DNA of 64,000 nucleotides from Macrostomum lignano (lineage: Eukaryota). The stretch is taken from contig NIVC01000567.1 of assembly GCA_002269645.1 (NCBI GenBank), positions 372,001 to 436,000 of the forward strand, read 5' to 3'. A program made the position numbers and the translations under genes. The notes under the pieces are model-generated. The model did no database searches, was not told the DNA's origin, and worked only from the letters and a program-made list of their open reading frames with translations. Shown one piece after another: positions 1-11,545 of the stretch; positions within the stretch are counted from its first letter, which is position 1, and each line of letters begins with the position of its first letter.

Positions 1-724
1 GTTATTGTACTTGATCTGTCGGTTATAGACTAGACACAATGCAGCAAAGAGCTTGAGTAAAATGCTGTGTAAAAGGACAGATTATTAAAGCCTGAAGCTA
101 AAGTCCAGTTATATTCAGCCAATAAGACTCGCGCCTTTACATGTAAGTGCAGTATTGGAATTACAAATGTGTATTTTATTTTTTGTTTGTACAACATACA
201 GGAAAAAAGTCTAGAAAAAATCCCGGAATACAATTTCCTGCTCATTTTCAAATATCTAAGGATTTGCACAAGTAGTTGATAGCGAATATGACTATAAATT
301 CCCAATGATTACAACAAGCCAGCTCTCTGGGTGCTTATAAAAGCCCCGTGTTTGTTTTTACTAAAATTTTGCCTGTTCATTTGACCCCATCAACCAGCAA
401 CTGTATAGATAGCTGGTTGCTAAGGGTAGAAAAACACCTTCAATGCTACAAGACTTAAATGGAGAGTTATGAATGGTTACACTATCTAGAAAAAAGCTTT
501 CTTTGATTGCTGGCCTTTGGACACAAAAAGCGATTCACTCTGCCAAGAAAAGAGAGCTCCTAAAGTGCATGTATTTAAAAAAAACAAGGATTTCTAATAG
601 ACCCCAAGCTTAAGCTACTCAGCCTTTGAAAAGCTGCAAGTTTGCAATTTTTTATCAAACTGTACTTGTCACGTTTTAGTTGTGAAGCTGTACCACAAAC
701 AAACCGGCACTCCAAGCAACCATA

Positions 725-2030
725 AAAACCCGCAACCCTCACAGCACCCACCACCCCAATTCGACCCGGACCCCTCACAGCACCCACCACCCCAACTCGA
801 CCCGGACCCCTCACAACACCCACCACCCCAATTCGACCTGGACCTCTCACAACACCCACCACCCCAATTCGACCCGGACCCCTCACGGCACCCACCACCT
901 CAAATCAACCCGCACCCCTCACAGCACCCACCACCCCAAACACAACCCGCACCCCTCACAGCATTCACCACCCCAAAACAATCCGCACCTATCACAGCAC
1001 CCATCACCTCAAATCAACCCGCACCAATCACGGCATCCACCACCTCAAATCAACCCGCACCAATCACGGCATCCATCACCTCAAATCAACCCGCACCCAT
1101 CACAGCACCCACCACCTCAAATCAACCCGGACCAATCACGGCATCCACCACCTCAAATCAACCCGGACCAATCACGGCATCCACCACCTCAAATCAACCC
1201 GGACCAATCACAGCACCCACCACCTCAAATCAACCCGCACCAATCACAGCACCCACCACCTCAAATCAACCCGCACCAATCACAACACCCACCACCTCAA
1301 ATCAACCCGCACCCATCACAGCACCCACCACCTCAAATCAACCCGCACCAATCACAGCACCCACCACCTCAAATCAACTCGCACCCATCACAACACCCAC
1401 CACCTCAAATCAACCCGCACCCATCACAACACCCACCACCTCAAATCAACCCGCACCCATCACAACACCCACCACCTCAAATCAACCCGCACCCATCACA
1501 ACACCCACCACCTCAAATCAACCCGCACCAATCACAGCATCCACCACCTCAAATCAACCCGCACCCATCACAACACCCACCACCTCAAATCAACCCGCAC
1601 CCATCACAACACCCACCACCTCAAATCAACCCGCACCCATCACAACACCCACCACCTCAAATCAACCCGCACCTATTACAACACCCACCACCTCAAATCA
1701 ACCCGCACCAATCACAGCATCCACCACCTCAAATCAACCCGCACCAATCACAGCATCCACCACCTCAAATCAACCCGCACCAATCACAACACCCACCACC
1801 TCAAATCAACCCGCACCAATCACAGCACCCACCACCTCAAATCATCCCGCACCAATCACAACACCCACCACCTCAAATCAACCCGCACCAATCACAGCAC
1901 CCACCACCTCAAATCATCCCGCACCAATCACAACACCCACCACCTCAAATCAACCCGCACCAATCACAGCACCGACGACCTCAAATCAACCCGCACCGCT
2001 CGCAGGACCCACCACCCCAAATCAACGCGG
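725..2030 (+). repeat. 36-bp C-rich minisatellite (intronic; source of the 463-aa mucin-like ORF)
   Basis: Tandem unit acctcaaatcaacccgcaccaatcacagcacccacc. The frame stops at 2071-2073, just before the acceptor at 2079-2080. Confidence 0.85.
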
Positions 2031-2080
2031 ATATTTTACAGAACTCATTTGCCGTTCCTCACAACCCTATTAAAATCCAG

Positions 2081-5000
2081 CAAAAAACTTCAACTACTCA
2101 AACTGCACGGACAACACGACCGGAACGTCAGCCCAGCAACACCTCCCGCTGACTAGACTGAACCATCTAACCTGCTCACCTGGTCACTACTTAGTCGGCA
2201 GCAACTACAGTCGGATCAGTTCCAATCTAACCTGCAGTTGGAATGGCAGTCTGTCAGTTCAGCCATGGAATGCCGTCTGCCAACGCTACCCAGTGTGCCC
2301 GGCTGCTTCCCTAGACTCAGTGTTGCCTCCCACTGTGGTGGTTCAGGTTCAGCTACCAGCCCAGGTTCAGAGCCCCGCTCGAGCAGGTGTGGAACACCCA
2401 CTCGGAACTAAAGCATCCGCCGGTTGCTTATCTGGCGAATGCATGAGCGAGTTCAACACCACGACCAGACTTGATCTAATGGAGTGCACTGACAGTGGCC
2501 TAATTGATGACAATGACAATGCCGGCAATGACACCACGGATGGAAATGCTACTACAAGCGATGCTACCGCAATGGGAGGCAGCTGGAGATGGATTGGACC
2601 TGGCGATCAGGCGGCCGCTTCGGTGGGTTGTAGTGAATGTAATTCTGAAAGGTTACACCATGTCAGCTTCAAAAACATTTATATTAATTGCGGGTGTAAA
2701 AGACGAGCGTTGATTTAGGGTGCTGGGTGCTGTGAGGGGTGCGGGTTGAATTGGGGCTGTGGGTGCTGGGTGCTGTGAGGGGTGCGGGTTGCGTTGGGGC
2801 TGTGGGTGTGGGTGCTGTGAGGGGTGCGGGTTGAATTGGGGCTGTGGGTGCTGGGTGCTGTGAGGGGTGCGGGTTGCGTTGGGGCTGTGGGTGCTGGGTG
2901 CTGTGAGGGGTGCGGGTTGAGTTGGGGCTGTGGGTGTGGGTGCTGTGAGGGGTGCGGGTTGCGTTGGGGCTGTGGGTGCTGGGTGCTGTGAGGGGTGCGG
3001 GTTGAGTTGGGGCTGTGGGTGTGGGTGCTGTGAGGGGTGCGGGTTGAATTGGGGCTGTGGGTGTGGGTGCTGTGAGGGGTGCGGGTTGAATTGGGGCTGT
3101 GGGTGTGGGTGCTGTGAGGGGTGCGGGTTGAGTTGGGGCTGTGGTTGTGGGTGCTGTGAGGGGTGCGGGTTGAATTGGGGCTGTGGGTGTGGGTGCTGTG
3201 AGGGGTGCGGGTTGAATTGGGGCTGTGGGTGTGGGTGCTGTGAGGGGTGCGGGTTGAATTGGGGCTGTGGGTGTGGGTGCTGTGGGGTTTAATTGCTGCA
3301 ATCTATCACCAGTCTTTTGTCCTTAACTGTTTCAGAGTTTGATGTGCTTCAAGCCTTCCTGTTATGGCAGCGACATTCAATCCTTGATAGACCAGCTTAG
3401 AAACACTCGAAATGCTTCGATAACTCTTGGCTACAACATGCATAATGCTAGTTTTGATGCCCAGTTTCTGTAAGTGAATTAGTTTTAGTGAAGTCACTAC
3501 AGTCAAAGTCACTACAGCATCAAATACAGTTGAAAATGTATATTTTATTGCAGCCAATTGGTTACCCTGCATCCGGAGTTATCCAACGTTTCAAGTAAGA
3601 AAGTCGTGGGACTTTTCAATTTGATAGTGTAATATAAAACCCGTTCATGATACATAAATATCGATTTTTCAGACGTTCGATTTCCAGCCGGTGGCAACGT
3701 GACCTTCAGTTGTAAGCCGCCTTACTTTCGCAACTCCACCGCTGGCAAGGACAGAGCCGTGTGCACCTGCGCGGGCTGGGATATCAACGCCTGGGAGTTC
3801 AGCTGCGATGGTGATTTGCATCGATTTTATAATTACAAGCGTAGATACAAACCGGATAAATCGAAATAGATAGCCTCTTAAAATGCCCGAGGGTGTACAC
3901 TACCTGGGGATGAGATAGTTAGGGCCGCTGTACACCCTGCATGAGTAGTTAGGGCCGCTGTACACCCTGCATGAGTAGTTAGGGCCGCTGTACACCCTGC
4001 ATGAGTAGTTAGGGCTGCTGTACACCCTGCATGAGTAGTTAGGGCCGCTGTACACCCTGCATGAGTAGTTAGGGCCGCTGTACACCCTGCATGAGTAGTT
4101 AGGGCTGTTGTACACCCTGCATAAGCGCGTGCCTGCGTAGCTATCCGTATGCGTGTTGCGTGGTCTTAGAATTAGCTGCATCCGGATGCAGCAGGGAGGC
4201 GTTGCCGCTCATTCCGCTGACCCCTGGCGACCACGGGCAGTTGGTGCTGCGGTGTCCGTAGCGCGGTCCCCCTCCAGAGAGTCCTGGAAGTGGATGGTCG
4301 CTCGACCGTAACCCTTAGGTAGCGGGACGAGCTGGCAGAGATTCTCGGGCCTGAAAACGTCGTAGAGGTCCGAGGTTGAGTCGAAGTAGGTGAGCCTGTC
4401 CTGAGTAAAGGCGGGGCATTCACAGATGAAGTAGTGCTCTGCATTCTCGACACCAGAGAGGCAGAAAGAGTAGTCCTCACTTTAGATTTTTCTCTGGAGA
4501 GGCATGACCGATGCCTGGCCACACAAACAACACCCGAGATGGCCATGGTCACCATGCACCCTGATCTTTTTGAGGTTGAGTCCAAGCAGGGCCCTACGGA
4601 GGGCCTCTTCGCTCGCCTGGGGTCGACTGTCGTCCTGATTTGCGTCTGTGCTCAGAGAGCCCCCTGCGAACTCACTAATAATGACACCTAGTAACAAACA
4701 ACTAATATACCTAATTAGTCTTAATCTCCTTCCAGAACATTGTCCCACCACCCACACCGGTTTGGGCTCAAACAGCTGCCACTCCGGCAAGTACTACTCA
4801 TCTGAGAACAGCACGGAGAAGAAGTACCAGCCCGTGGGCCAGTGCAACATCACCTGCCATCCACATTGGATGCTAAACAGGCAGTTAGCAGCCGAAAATC
4901 TTCACCAGCAGGTCCTAATGGCGGGCAATGAAACGCGCGACATCGTCTTGGACTGCTTGACAAACAGAACCCTGGTTGGCATCCCGTCCGGGTTCAATCC

Positions 5001-5473
5001 GCAAACTGTGTGCGAGAAAAAGCCCTGCACCAACTCCAGCCTGACGGTGCCCGAAGGTGCCGAACTTGTTGGTCGGAACTACTCCGAACTGTATGAAGAC
5101 GGCGATAAACTGCAGTTCAAATGCTCGCCAACGTTTCAATGCAGCGACTCGGTGTACATCATTAAGAAGTGCAACTCGGGTCCCAGCGATTGGAAAATCG
5201 TCAGCATTAGAGAGTCGTGCGCCAATCCAAGCACCTGTCAGCTAAGAGACAATCACAATTACGACAGTAGCATCTCACAGGTGACTCCGCCAGTGTGCAT
5301 TCAGTGCGGCAAGTTCACGTTTGAGAATGCCAGCTTGAATTCGGTGGTACAGCTGGGACAAAGCATTGACTACAAGTGTGTGCACGACAAGTACCAGAAC
5401 CACACCGGTACGATGCGGTGCAAATGCGACGGATTTCACAATGTTACCGACATCAATTTCGTGTGCGAACCGG
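2081..5473 (+). CDS. Multi-exon Cys-rich extracellular protein with sushi/CCP-like modules (partial; both ends not located)
   Basis: Phase-compatible GT-AG exons 2081-2622, 3336-3469, 3554-3594, 3673-3810 and 4736-5473. They translate to CCP-like motifs (VRFPAGGNVTFSCKPPYF...C..W...FSC; YEDGDKLQFKCSP; LGQSIDYKCVHDKY...C) with many N-glycosylation sequons. Confidence 0.75.
2718..3290 (-). repeat. ~42-bp G-rich minisatellite, inverted relative of the 725-2030 array
   Basis: Unit gggtgtgggtgctgtgaggggtgcgggttgaattggggctgt. Its reverse complement shares aacccgcacccctcacagcaccca with the upstream array. Confidence 0.85.
3895..4125. repeat. 30-bp minisatellite derived from SINE internal sequence
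   Basis: About 7 copies of tacaccctgcatgagtagttagggccgctg. The reverse complement matches gtgtacagcggccctaact at about 6865-6883. Confidence 0.8.
4190..4640 (-). mobile_element. Degenerate 3' fragment of a non-LTR retrotransposon ORF2 (C-terminal CCHC knuckle region)
   Basis: The minus strand, across a frameshift and a stop, reads LRRALLGLNLKKIRV/MVTMAISG...SFCLSGVENAEHYFICECPAFTQDRL. This resembles the C-x2-C...H...CECPA knuckle of I/R1/Loa-type LINEs. Confidence 0.6.
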
Positions 5474-5559
5474 GTGAGTCACTTTTGTCACTGGCAATTG
5501 TCAGGTGTTGTTAGTAATTTGTATAATTTATGCGGTTCCTATTACCTCTCGAAACCGGT

Positions 5560-6070
5560 AAAGACTCTTTCCAAACCGGTAAACACTCTTTCCAAACCGG
5601 TAAACACTCTTTCCAAACCGGTAAACACCCTTTCAAAATCAGTAAACACTCTTTCCAAACCGGTAAACACTCTTTCCAAACCGGCAAACACTCTTTCCAA
5701 ACCGGTAAACACTCTTTCCAAATCAGCAACCACTCTTTCCAAACAGGTAACCACTCTTTCCAAATCAGTAAACACTCTTTCCAAACCGGTAAACACTCTT
5801 TCCAAACCGGCAAACACTCTTTCCAAACCGGCAAACACTCTTTCCAAACCGGCAAACACTCTTTCCAAACCGGTAAACACTCTTTCCAAATCAGTAACCA
5901 CTCTTTCCAAACAGGTAACCACTCTTTCCAAACAGGTAACCACTCTTTCCAAATCGGTAAAAACTTTCCAAATCAGTAAACACTATTTCCAAACCTGCAA
6001 ACACTCTTTCCAAACCGGTAAACACTCTTTCCAAACCGGTAAACACTCCAAACCGGTAACACCCTTTCAA
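5560..6070. repeat. 21-bp minisatellite
   Basis: Tandem aaacactctttccaaaccggt, giving a 7-aa period in all overlapping ORFs. Confidence 0.9.
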
Positions 6071-6764
6071 ACCACCGGGGACAACGATGGGACAAAAGTG
6101 TTTAAAAGGAAGTAACAATGTGTAAAAGGTAAGCTAAGGTAAGTTTACGTATAAAACTCTTTCCATACGTTTTCATTTTTATCGTATTAACTAACGAAGC
6201 GGACTTCACATTAATAATTAACTTTTGCGTAACTTGTAAAGAGTTTTATTTATTTTTTATCTACGCTATAAAATTAATGTTATTGCATTGTCAAATAGTC
6301 TTCCGATATTATGTACAGATAAAATAAATCGCTTGTCTAAGAATGCCCATTAAATTAATATTTGGACATAAACGAATATGACTTTATCGGATTCATTTTC
6401 CATGAATCGGTTTGATGCTGGTTCAACACGGAAATAACTACGAGCGTACATGAGCTCTAAAAATAACCTTACTCAAGAAAGAAAAATAAAAAAATGAATG
6501 AATGCACAGCTGCCTTTCGTAATGCACTACTAAAAGTAAAAACACGCGCAAACACTACAATTGCAGGCGCAATGTGTTCTCCGAGCCTATATGCCTTATA
6601 TTTAGCTGGGGAAGTGTACCTAATCTTCTCAATCTTCTCAATGAATTTTACGTTGCTGACGCGTTTCGTCGTCACACAGACGTCAACAGGGGTCAATTCA
6701 TCTAAGTTTTTTTTTATTACAGGCAGGGGGGTTGTGTGCACCCTGGCGCACTTTAAGCGACATA

Positions 6765-7058
6765 GGCACACAACCGGCGAGAGGCATTGCTGCCCATTCC
6801 GCCGACTCCCCTGAGCAGGCATACAAGCGCGCGGATATGTACGCAGGCACACACTCACACAGGAGTGTACAGCGGCCCTAACTTTATATTATCGTTAGGC
6901 ATGTACACTTCACTGCGCCTTGAGGGGTTGGCCCTCAAGGCCGTTAATTGCACGAGCAGAGCCAAGCCGAGATTCCAATTCAGCCCCAAATTAATGTGAC
7001 TGCACTTGGAATCGAGCCTGGGCCGCTGGCACACCAGAGCAGCTGGGCTACGGCCCCC
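6765..7058 (-). mobile_element. tRNA-derived SINE, family A
   Basis: The minus-strand head ggggccgtagcccagctg...ggctcgattcc has A/B-box-like motifs. The body is shared with 21264-21509 and about 39940-40085. Confidence 0.7.
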
Positions 7059-7299
7059 TTATTCATCTAAGTTACATGTAGCCCAACAAGCAATATAGTT
7101 ATCCCGCGTAATTATAAATTTATCAAGAACAGTAAGTGAAATAGTACGAGAGTAAGTCAGGAAAGAGAACAATCGATCAGGGGAATGTAAAGTCACGATC
7201 ATAAAAAGCCCAAAGTCTGGTCTGATTCAGTCTGGTAAAGATTCCTACGTTCAGAAGGAATACGAGGAAGGCAGATCGAGAGGGAGAGAGATAGACGCT

Positions 7300-8191
7300 A
7301 GGTCCAGCTCACAGTACTCTGAGCTCACGTTCCACCCCATTGCCAACATTGTTGTACGAGTACATTCAAGTTCGGTTTGTGCATTCTAATGAGCCTGAAA
7401 CTATATTAAGCACATAGTCAGTCATGAATCGATCTAACACTTTGAACGGCTGAATCCGCTTTACAACACGCTTTACACCAAGGGTCGGCAAACTCCGACC
7501 CGCAAAGCCTCTCTATCCGGCCCTCGGGTCTTTTGAAACTTCTCAGTTCTTCTCAGTGCCTCTTCTCAGCTCTCTTCTCTCCTCTCTCCCTTGTTATCTC
7601 TACTCTCTTCTCTCTCCTCTCCTCTACCCTCCTCTCCTCTCCCTCTCCTCTCCCTCTCCTCTCCTCTCCTCTCCTCTCCTCTCCTCTCCTCTCCTCTCCT
7701 CTCCTCTCCTCTCCTCTCCTCTCCTCTCCTCTCCTCTCCTCTCCTCTCCTCTTTTTTGTAGTTGAGAGTCTATCCTCATTGGTTGTCCGTTTGCTATGGA
7801 CAGCTTATTTAATATATCGACGTTTCGGGAAGCTAATCCACTCACTTACATGCAAAACGACTCCTCCTCTCCTCTCCTCTCCTCTCCTCTCCTCTCCTCT
7901 CCTCTCCTCTCCTCTCCTCTCCTCTCCTCTCCTCTCCTCTCCTCTCCTCTTTTATTACTTCGCCTCTCCTTTCTCCTATTTCTCTGCTCTATTCACTCTC
8001 CTCTCACTCCTTCTCTGGCCCGCAGTCATGCGCTGGGTTCTCTATCTGGCCCTTGGAGGTAAAAATTTTGCCGACCCCTGCTGTACACCCACAAGCAGAT
8101 AGGCATAATTACTACCTTCTATCCCATCCTAGCTCGCAGTTGGCAATGGTGTGGAGCCGAGAGTGAGCTCAGAGTACTGTGAGCTGGACCT
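7300..8191. mobile_element. Outer fold-back/MITE-like element with ~50-bp inverted arms
   Basis: 7300-7347 (aggtccagctcacagtactctgagctcac..ccattgccaac) is the reverse complement of 8139-8191. No TSD identified. Confidence 0.6.
7479..8080. mobile_element. Non-autonomous hAT (Charlie-like) element
   Basis: TIRs caagggtcggcaaa / tttgccgacccctg. The 8-bp TSD is ctttacac (7471-7478) / ctgtacac (8081-8088). The interior holds (CTCTC)n and a copy of 8255-8400. Confidence 0.8.
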
Positions 8192-8385
8192 GCTGTCCTA
8201 TAGCCTGTCCTGCGTTGCTTTGCAGGCAAGCGGCTGCGTTCAAGATTGGATAGTGTAGTTGAGAGAGTCTATCCTCATTCTCCTGCCTCATTATTGGTTG
8301 TCCGTTTGCTATGGACAGATTATTTAAGACTATTTAAGACTATTTAAGATTATTGACGCTTCGGGAAGCTAATCCACTCACTTAC

Positions 8386-9366
8386 ATGCAAAACGACTCC
8401 TCCAAGTACTCGTGCTATCAGCCAAAAGAATTCCACTTTAACACAAATGGCGATTGTAGATCAGTGTCAAACTGTGTTATTCTCGTCTCAAACAAAGCAG
8501 TGTGGCATAAATTGAAAGACATTGACTCTGACAGTTTTTATCCCCTTATCATAACAAATTCCCAGAATATTGCCAATGAATCTAAGAATCAAACGCATAA
8601 AAGGATAATTAAAATCACAGCAACGAGCCAGGACTTCAGCGAGGATCATCCAACAGTTCGAGATGTTCTGCAACACTGGCTGCACCTGCGGTCGTTGGGA
8701 AGGCCCAGTGACCAACGAAAGGAGGACCAGCTTTTCTTAAATTTGAAGGACAGGTTTAATAATGACATTTTTACACAATCCAAAGTAGCTTATCGGTTTA
8801 AATCAAACCCACATTCCCCCAGTGTTTTGTCCACAATTTGTGATGGTAGAAAGCCATTGGCTAAAGAGGATATTGTTAAGTGCTTGCAAGTAGATCGCTA
8901 TGCTTATTACTTTTCAAACAGTAGTACTGGCGATGTAGGTCCACTTGTCATTGTTGATGGGCCCAACCTTTGCGCTAGCAATGCTTTTTCAACTGTTGTG
9001 GATCAAATTCGCACAGAGCTACCGAATTCTCACATTTTAACGGTGTTTAAATATTCCCAAATCAATCCATATGGTAACTTAAAAATTATTGAATCCAAAG
9101 GCTTTTTCCCGATTTTTGGACAGCAAAAATTATCTGAATCTGGAGATGATGATGACGACATGGAAGCCCTCCGCTTGACCAGACAGTTTGATGCTGCCTT
9201 TATTTCCAATGATAAATTTTCTCAGAAGAAATATAAACAGATTAAAGCTGCCGTAAAGAATTACATTTATGAGTACCTGGTTTATGAAGACAAAGCTTTT
9301 CTTGTTCCACCCCGAGTTCCCTCCGAGTTCCTCCCAGGGGGTCACCATAATAAACCTGAAAGATAG
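8386..9366 (+). CDS. Intronless NYN/PIN-domain ribonuclease (Regnase/Zc3h12a/PRORP-type fold)
   Basis: Uninterrupted ORF of about 326 aa from the ATG at 8386. C-terminal motifs VIVDGPNL...GDDDDDMEALRL...AAFISNDKF match the acidic active-site pattern of Regnase/PRORP-type NYN domains. Confidence 0.75.
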   Translation: MQNDSSKYSCYQPKEFHFNTNGDCRSVSNCVILVSNKAVWHKLKDIDSDSFYPLIITNSQNIANESKNQTHKRIIKITATSQDFSEDHPTVRDVLQHWLHLRSLGRPSDQRKEDQLFLNLKDRFNNDIFTQSKVAYRFKSNPHSPSVLSTICDGRKPLAKEDIVKCLQVDRYAYYFSNSSTGDVGPLVIVDGPNLCASNAFSTVVDQIRTELPNSHILTVFKYSQINPYGNLKIIESKGFFPIFGQQKLSESGDDDDDMEALRLTRQFDAAFISNDKFSQKKYKQIKAAVKNYIYEYLVYEDKAFLVPPRVPSEFLPGGHHNKPER

Positions 9367-9564
9367 CAACTCCAAAAGCACTTCCCATCATAAATCCGAA
9401 ATACCACAACTCTGAAAACCAACATAGTGTTGGACATTGCTAGCATTTTCGCAGGTTGTGCTTTTTTGGGTTTGTGATGCCCCCCCCCCCGATCCCCCGA
9501 GGGGTCGCTTCACAACCTCGAAAAGCACTTCCTTTCACAAACCCGAAACTGGCTGGCAGCTGGC

Positions 9565-9657
9565 TTCACAAGCTCGAAATTTCACAACCTCGATAACCAT
9601 TCTAGCAGCCCACTTTCACAAACGGTTTTCGAGGTTGTGAAATTTCGAGCTTGTGAA
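9565..9657. repeat. Perfect 29-bp inverted repeat (hairpin) ~200 nt downstream of the NYN ORF
   Basis: ttcacaagctcgaaatttcacaacctcga (9565-9593) pairs with tcgaggttgtgaaatttcgagcttgtgaa (9629-9657), with a 35-nt loop. Confidence 0.85.
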
Positions 9658-11449
9658 AGCAACCCCCCCCCCCCGAGTTCATTTGTTTATATGCAGGTGT
9701 TAGGTAGCTACATGCAAAATGCTGAGGGCCAATTGATTTTGTAAGTAGATATTTTCGTGGTTAGACCATATGGCTTACAAAAGGCAGAGTTGCAGAAAAG
9801 AATGGTAGCTCGTAGGGTGGCAAAGCTCAAACTGGTCTGTGTGAGCGGCTATATAAATTACGTTTTCTGTTTTTGTTAATTTTTACCAGCAAATTTGCCG
9901 GTTCCAATTGTGCTTTTGCTCGTTTTGTTGAGTTAATGCATATGGGTTCCAATCAATATAATTTTCCTTCGGTGTTGAAAATTTAATTCTTTTTGGCTTG
10001 CTAAAACGGATAGGTTTAGAGGCATATACTAATTAATGAAAAATATGGTTTAGAGTAGCGCTAAGATTTTCAAGTGTACGATGTCAAGATTTTTAGAATG
10101 AGCAATTATTTTTTTCTTGGCAAAATATATGGAGTATGTGCCGTCAAGCAGTGAATGGTGTGAGATACAAACGCCGTTTTTTGAGTCGGAGTATACTTAC
10201 GATCATGGGTTTACGTTTTTGTTTGTGAGTCCCTAGTTTTTATTACTTTGATTACTGACAGTCTGGACCTTTCAGATAAGAGCATAAAATTCGAAATCGA
10301 GTCCTCTTAAAGTATAGCTGGTCTGTGCTGATCGTGTACTCTGTACATTGCTTAGTATAAAAAATGAGCATTTACATACATGGTTTAAATTTTTTTCGAG
10401 TGAGATGACAAGATAGCGGTACCTAGGCCTGTAGTATAGAGTATACTTTACATTGCAGTCAATACGACGTAAACAACACTGCAACTACATGTACTGGTAC
10501 CATCAGGTCGCGATCATTTTTAGCCAATTCTGGACCTACGAGGGCAAATAAATACTTTTCTCTATTACTGCAGCTGTACCGCTATATGGTTTTTACATGT
10601 GTCATACATGTACATGCAGCTCTCGAAACAAATCTCTAAGATCGTGTAGACTACTATGCATGGGTACTGTACATTGTCAAGCTTACTTACATGTACTTAC
10701 ATGTGCTGCTCACTTCAAATGATCATTATCGTAATATGTGGTTGCATCCACATTGCACGCTATATCGTCGATACCATGATAAGTGATTTTTAGCAGCGAC
10801 TCGGCAGCTGGACTCGGCGCACTCAGGGCTGCTCAATGCAGCCTTTCGAGCTGACGAGAGCGTCGGGATCTGACGCGCCCTGCTCTAACTGGTACCTTAC
10901 AAAGTACATGCGGGGCCGCGTATTTTGTTTTTGTTGTTGTTGCAAATAAAAATAAGCTGGATATTTAAATAACAAAAACACCCATGTTTGCTCCAATTTG
11001 ATTTCTACGCGTGGCTGAGATGTTTGCAGCTGGCTGGAGAAATGTGATGTTAATTTTGCTAGAGTTAAAAAATACACGAGTTAAAAAATTCTATGATATT
11101 ATTATAACAATACGTCCTTGCTCGCAAATGAACTAGGTAGTACCGCAAGTAGTGGAACGAAAACCCGCGGAAATTCCACGGATTTGCCTGGGCAAACCAA
11201 TATGGAACTAAATTTTATGGGAATTGTCTCGTAAATATTGAAATAAATTATTACTTGGGAATAAACTCAGAACTTTTCTAGATATAGAATCAGGATGACA
11301 TTTCAGTGCCTTTTCCATGATTTCTAATTAGATTCAACCTCGGCCATTGCCTCTGGGTCGAATAAATTAGCTGTTACTAGTACATGTTTAATTTAAGTCT
11401 CGAGTAAGAAGAGTAGTATTACGTCGGGCTCCGATCTTTACAATGGTAG

Positions 11450-11450
11450 T

Positions 11451-11543
<93 letters not shown>

Positions 11544-11545
11544 GG
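11450..11545. repeat. (GATA)n microsatellite
   Basis: Direct inspection. Confidence 0.95.

Noticed and set aside
682-2073. 463-aa mucin-like ORF
   Set aside because: It is a translation of a minisatellite. It stops just before a real acceptor, no donor links it to the next exon, and a related array lies inverted in the next intron.
3895-4640. Shared 3' end between the LINE fragment and SINE family A
   Set aside because: The SINE-derived segment is in the opposite orientation to the LINE fragment, so this is not a LINE/SINE tail partnership.
7000-7058. tRNA gene candidates (also 21440-21509, 22483-22557)
   Set aside because: They have A/B boxes but no complete cloverleaf, and are attached to dispersed repeat bodies, so they are SINE heads.
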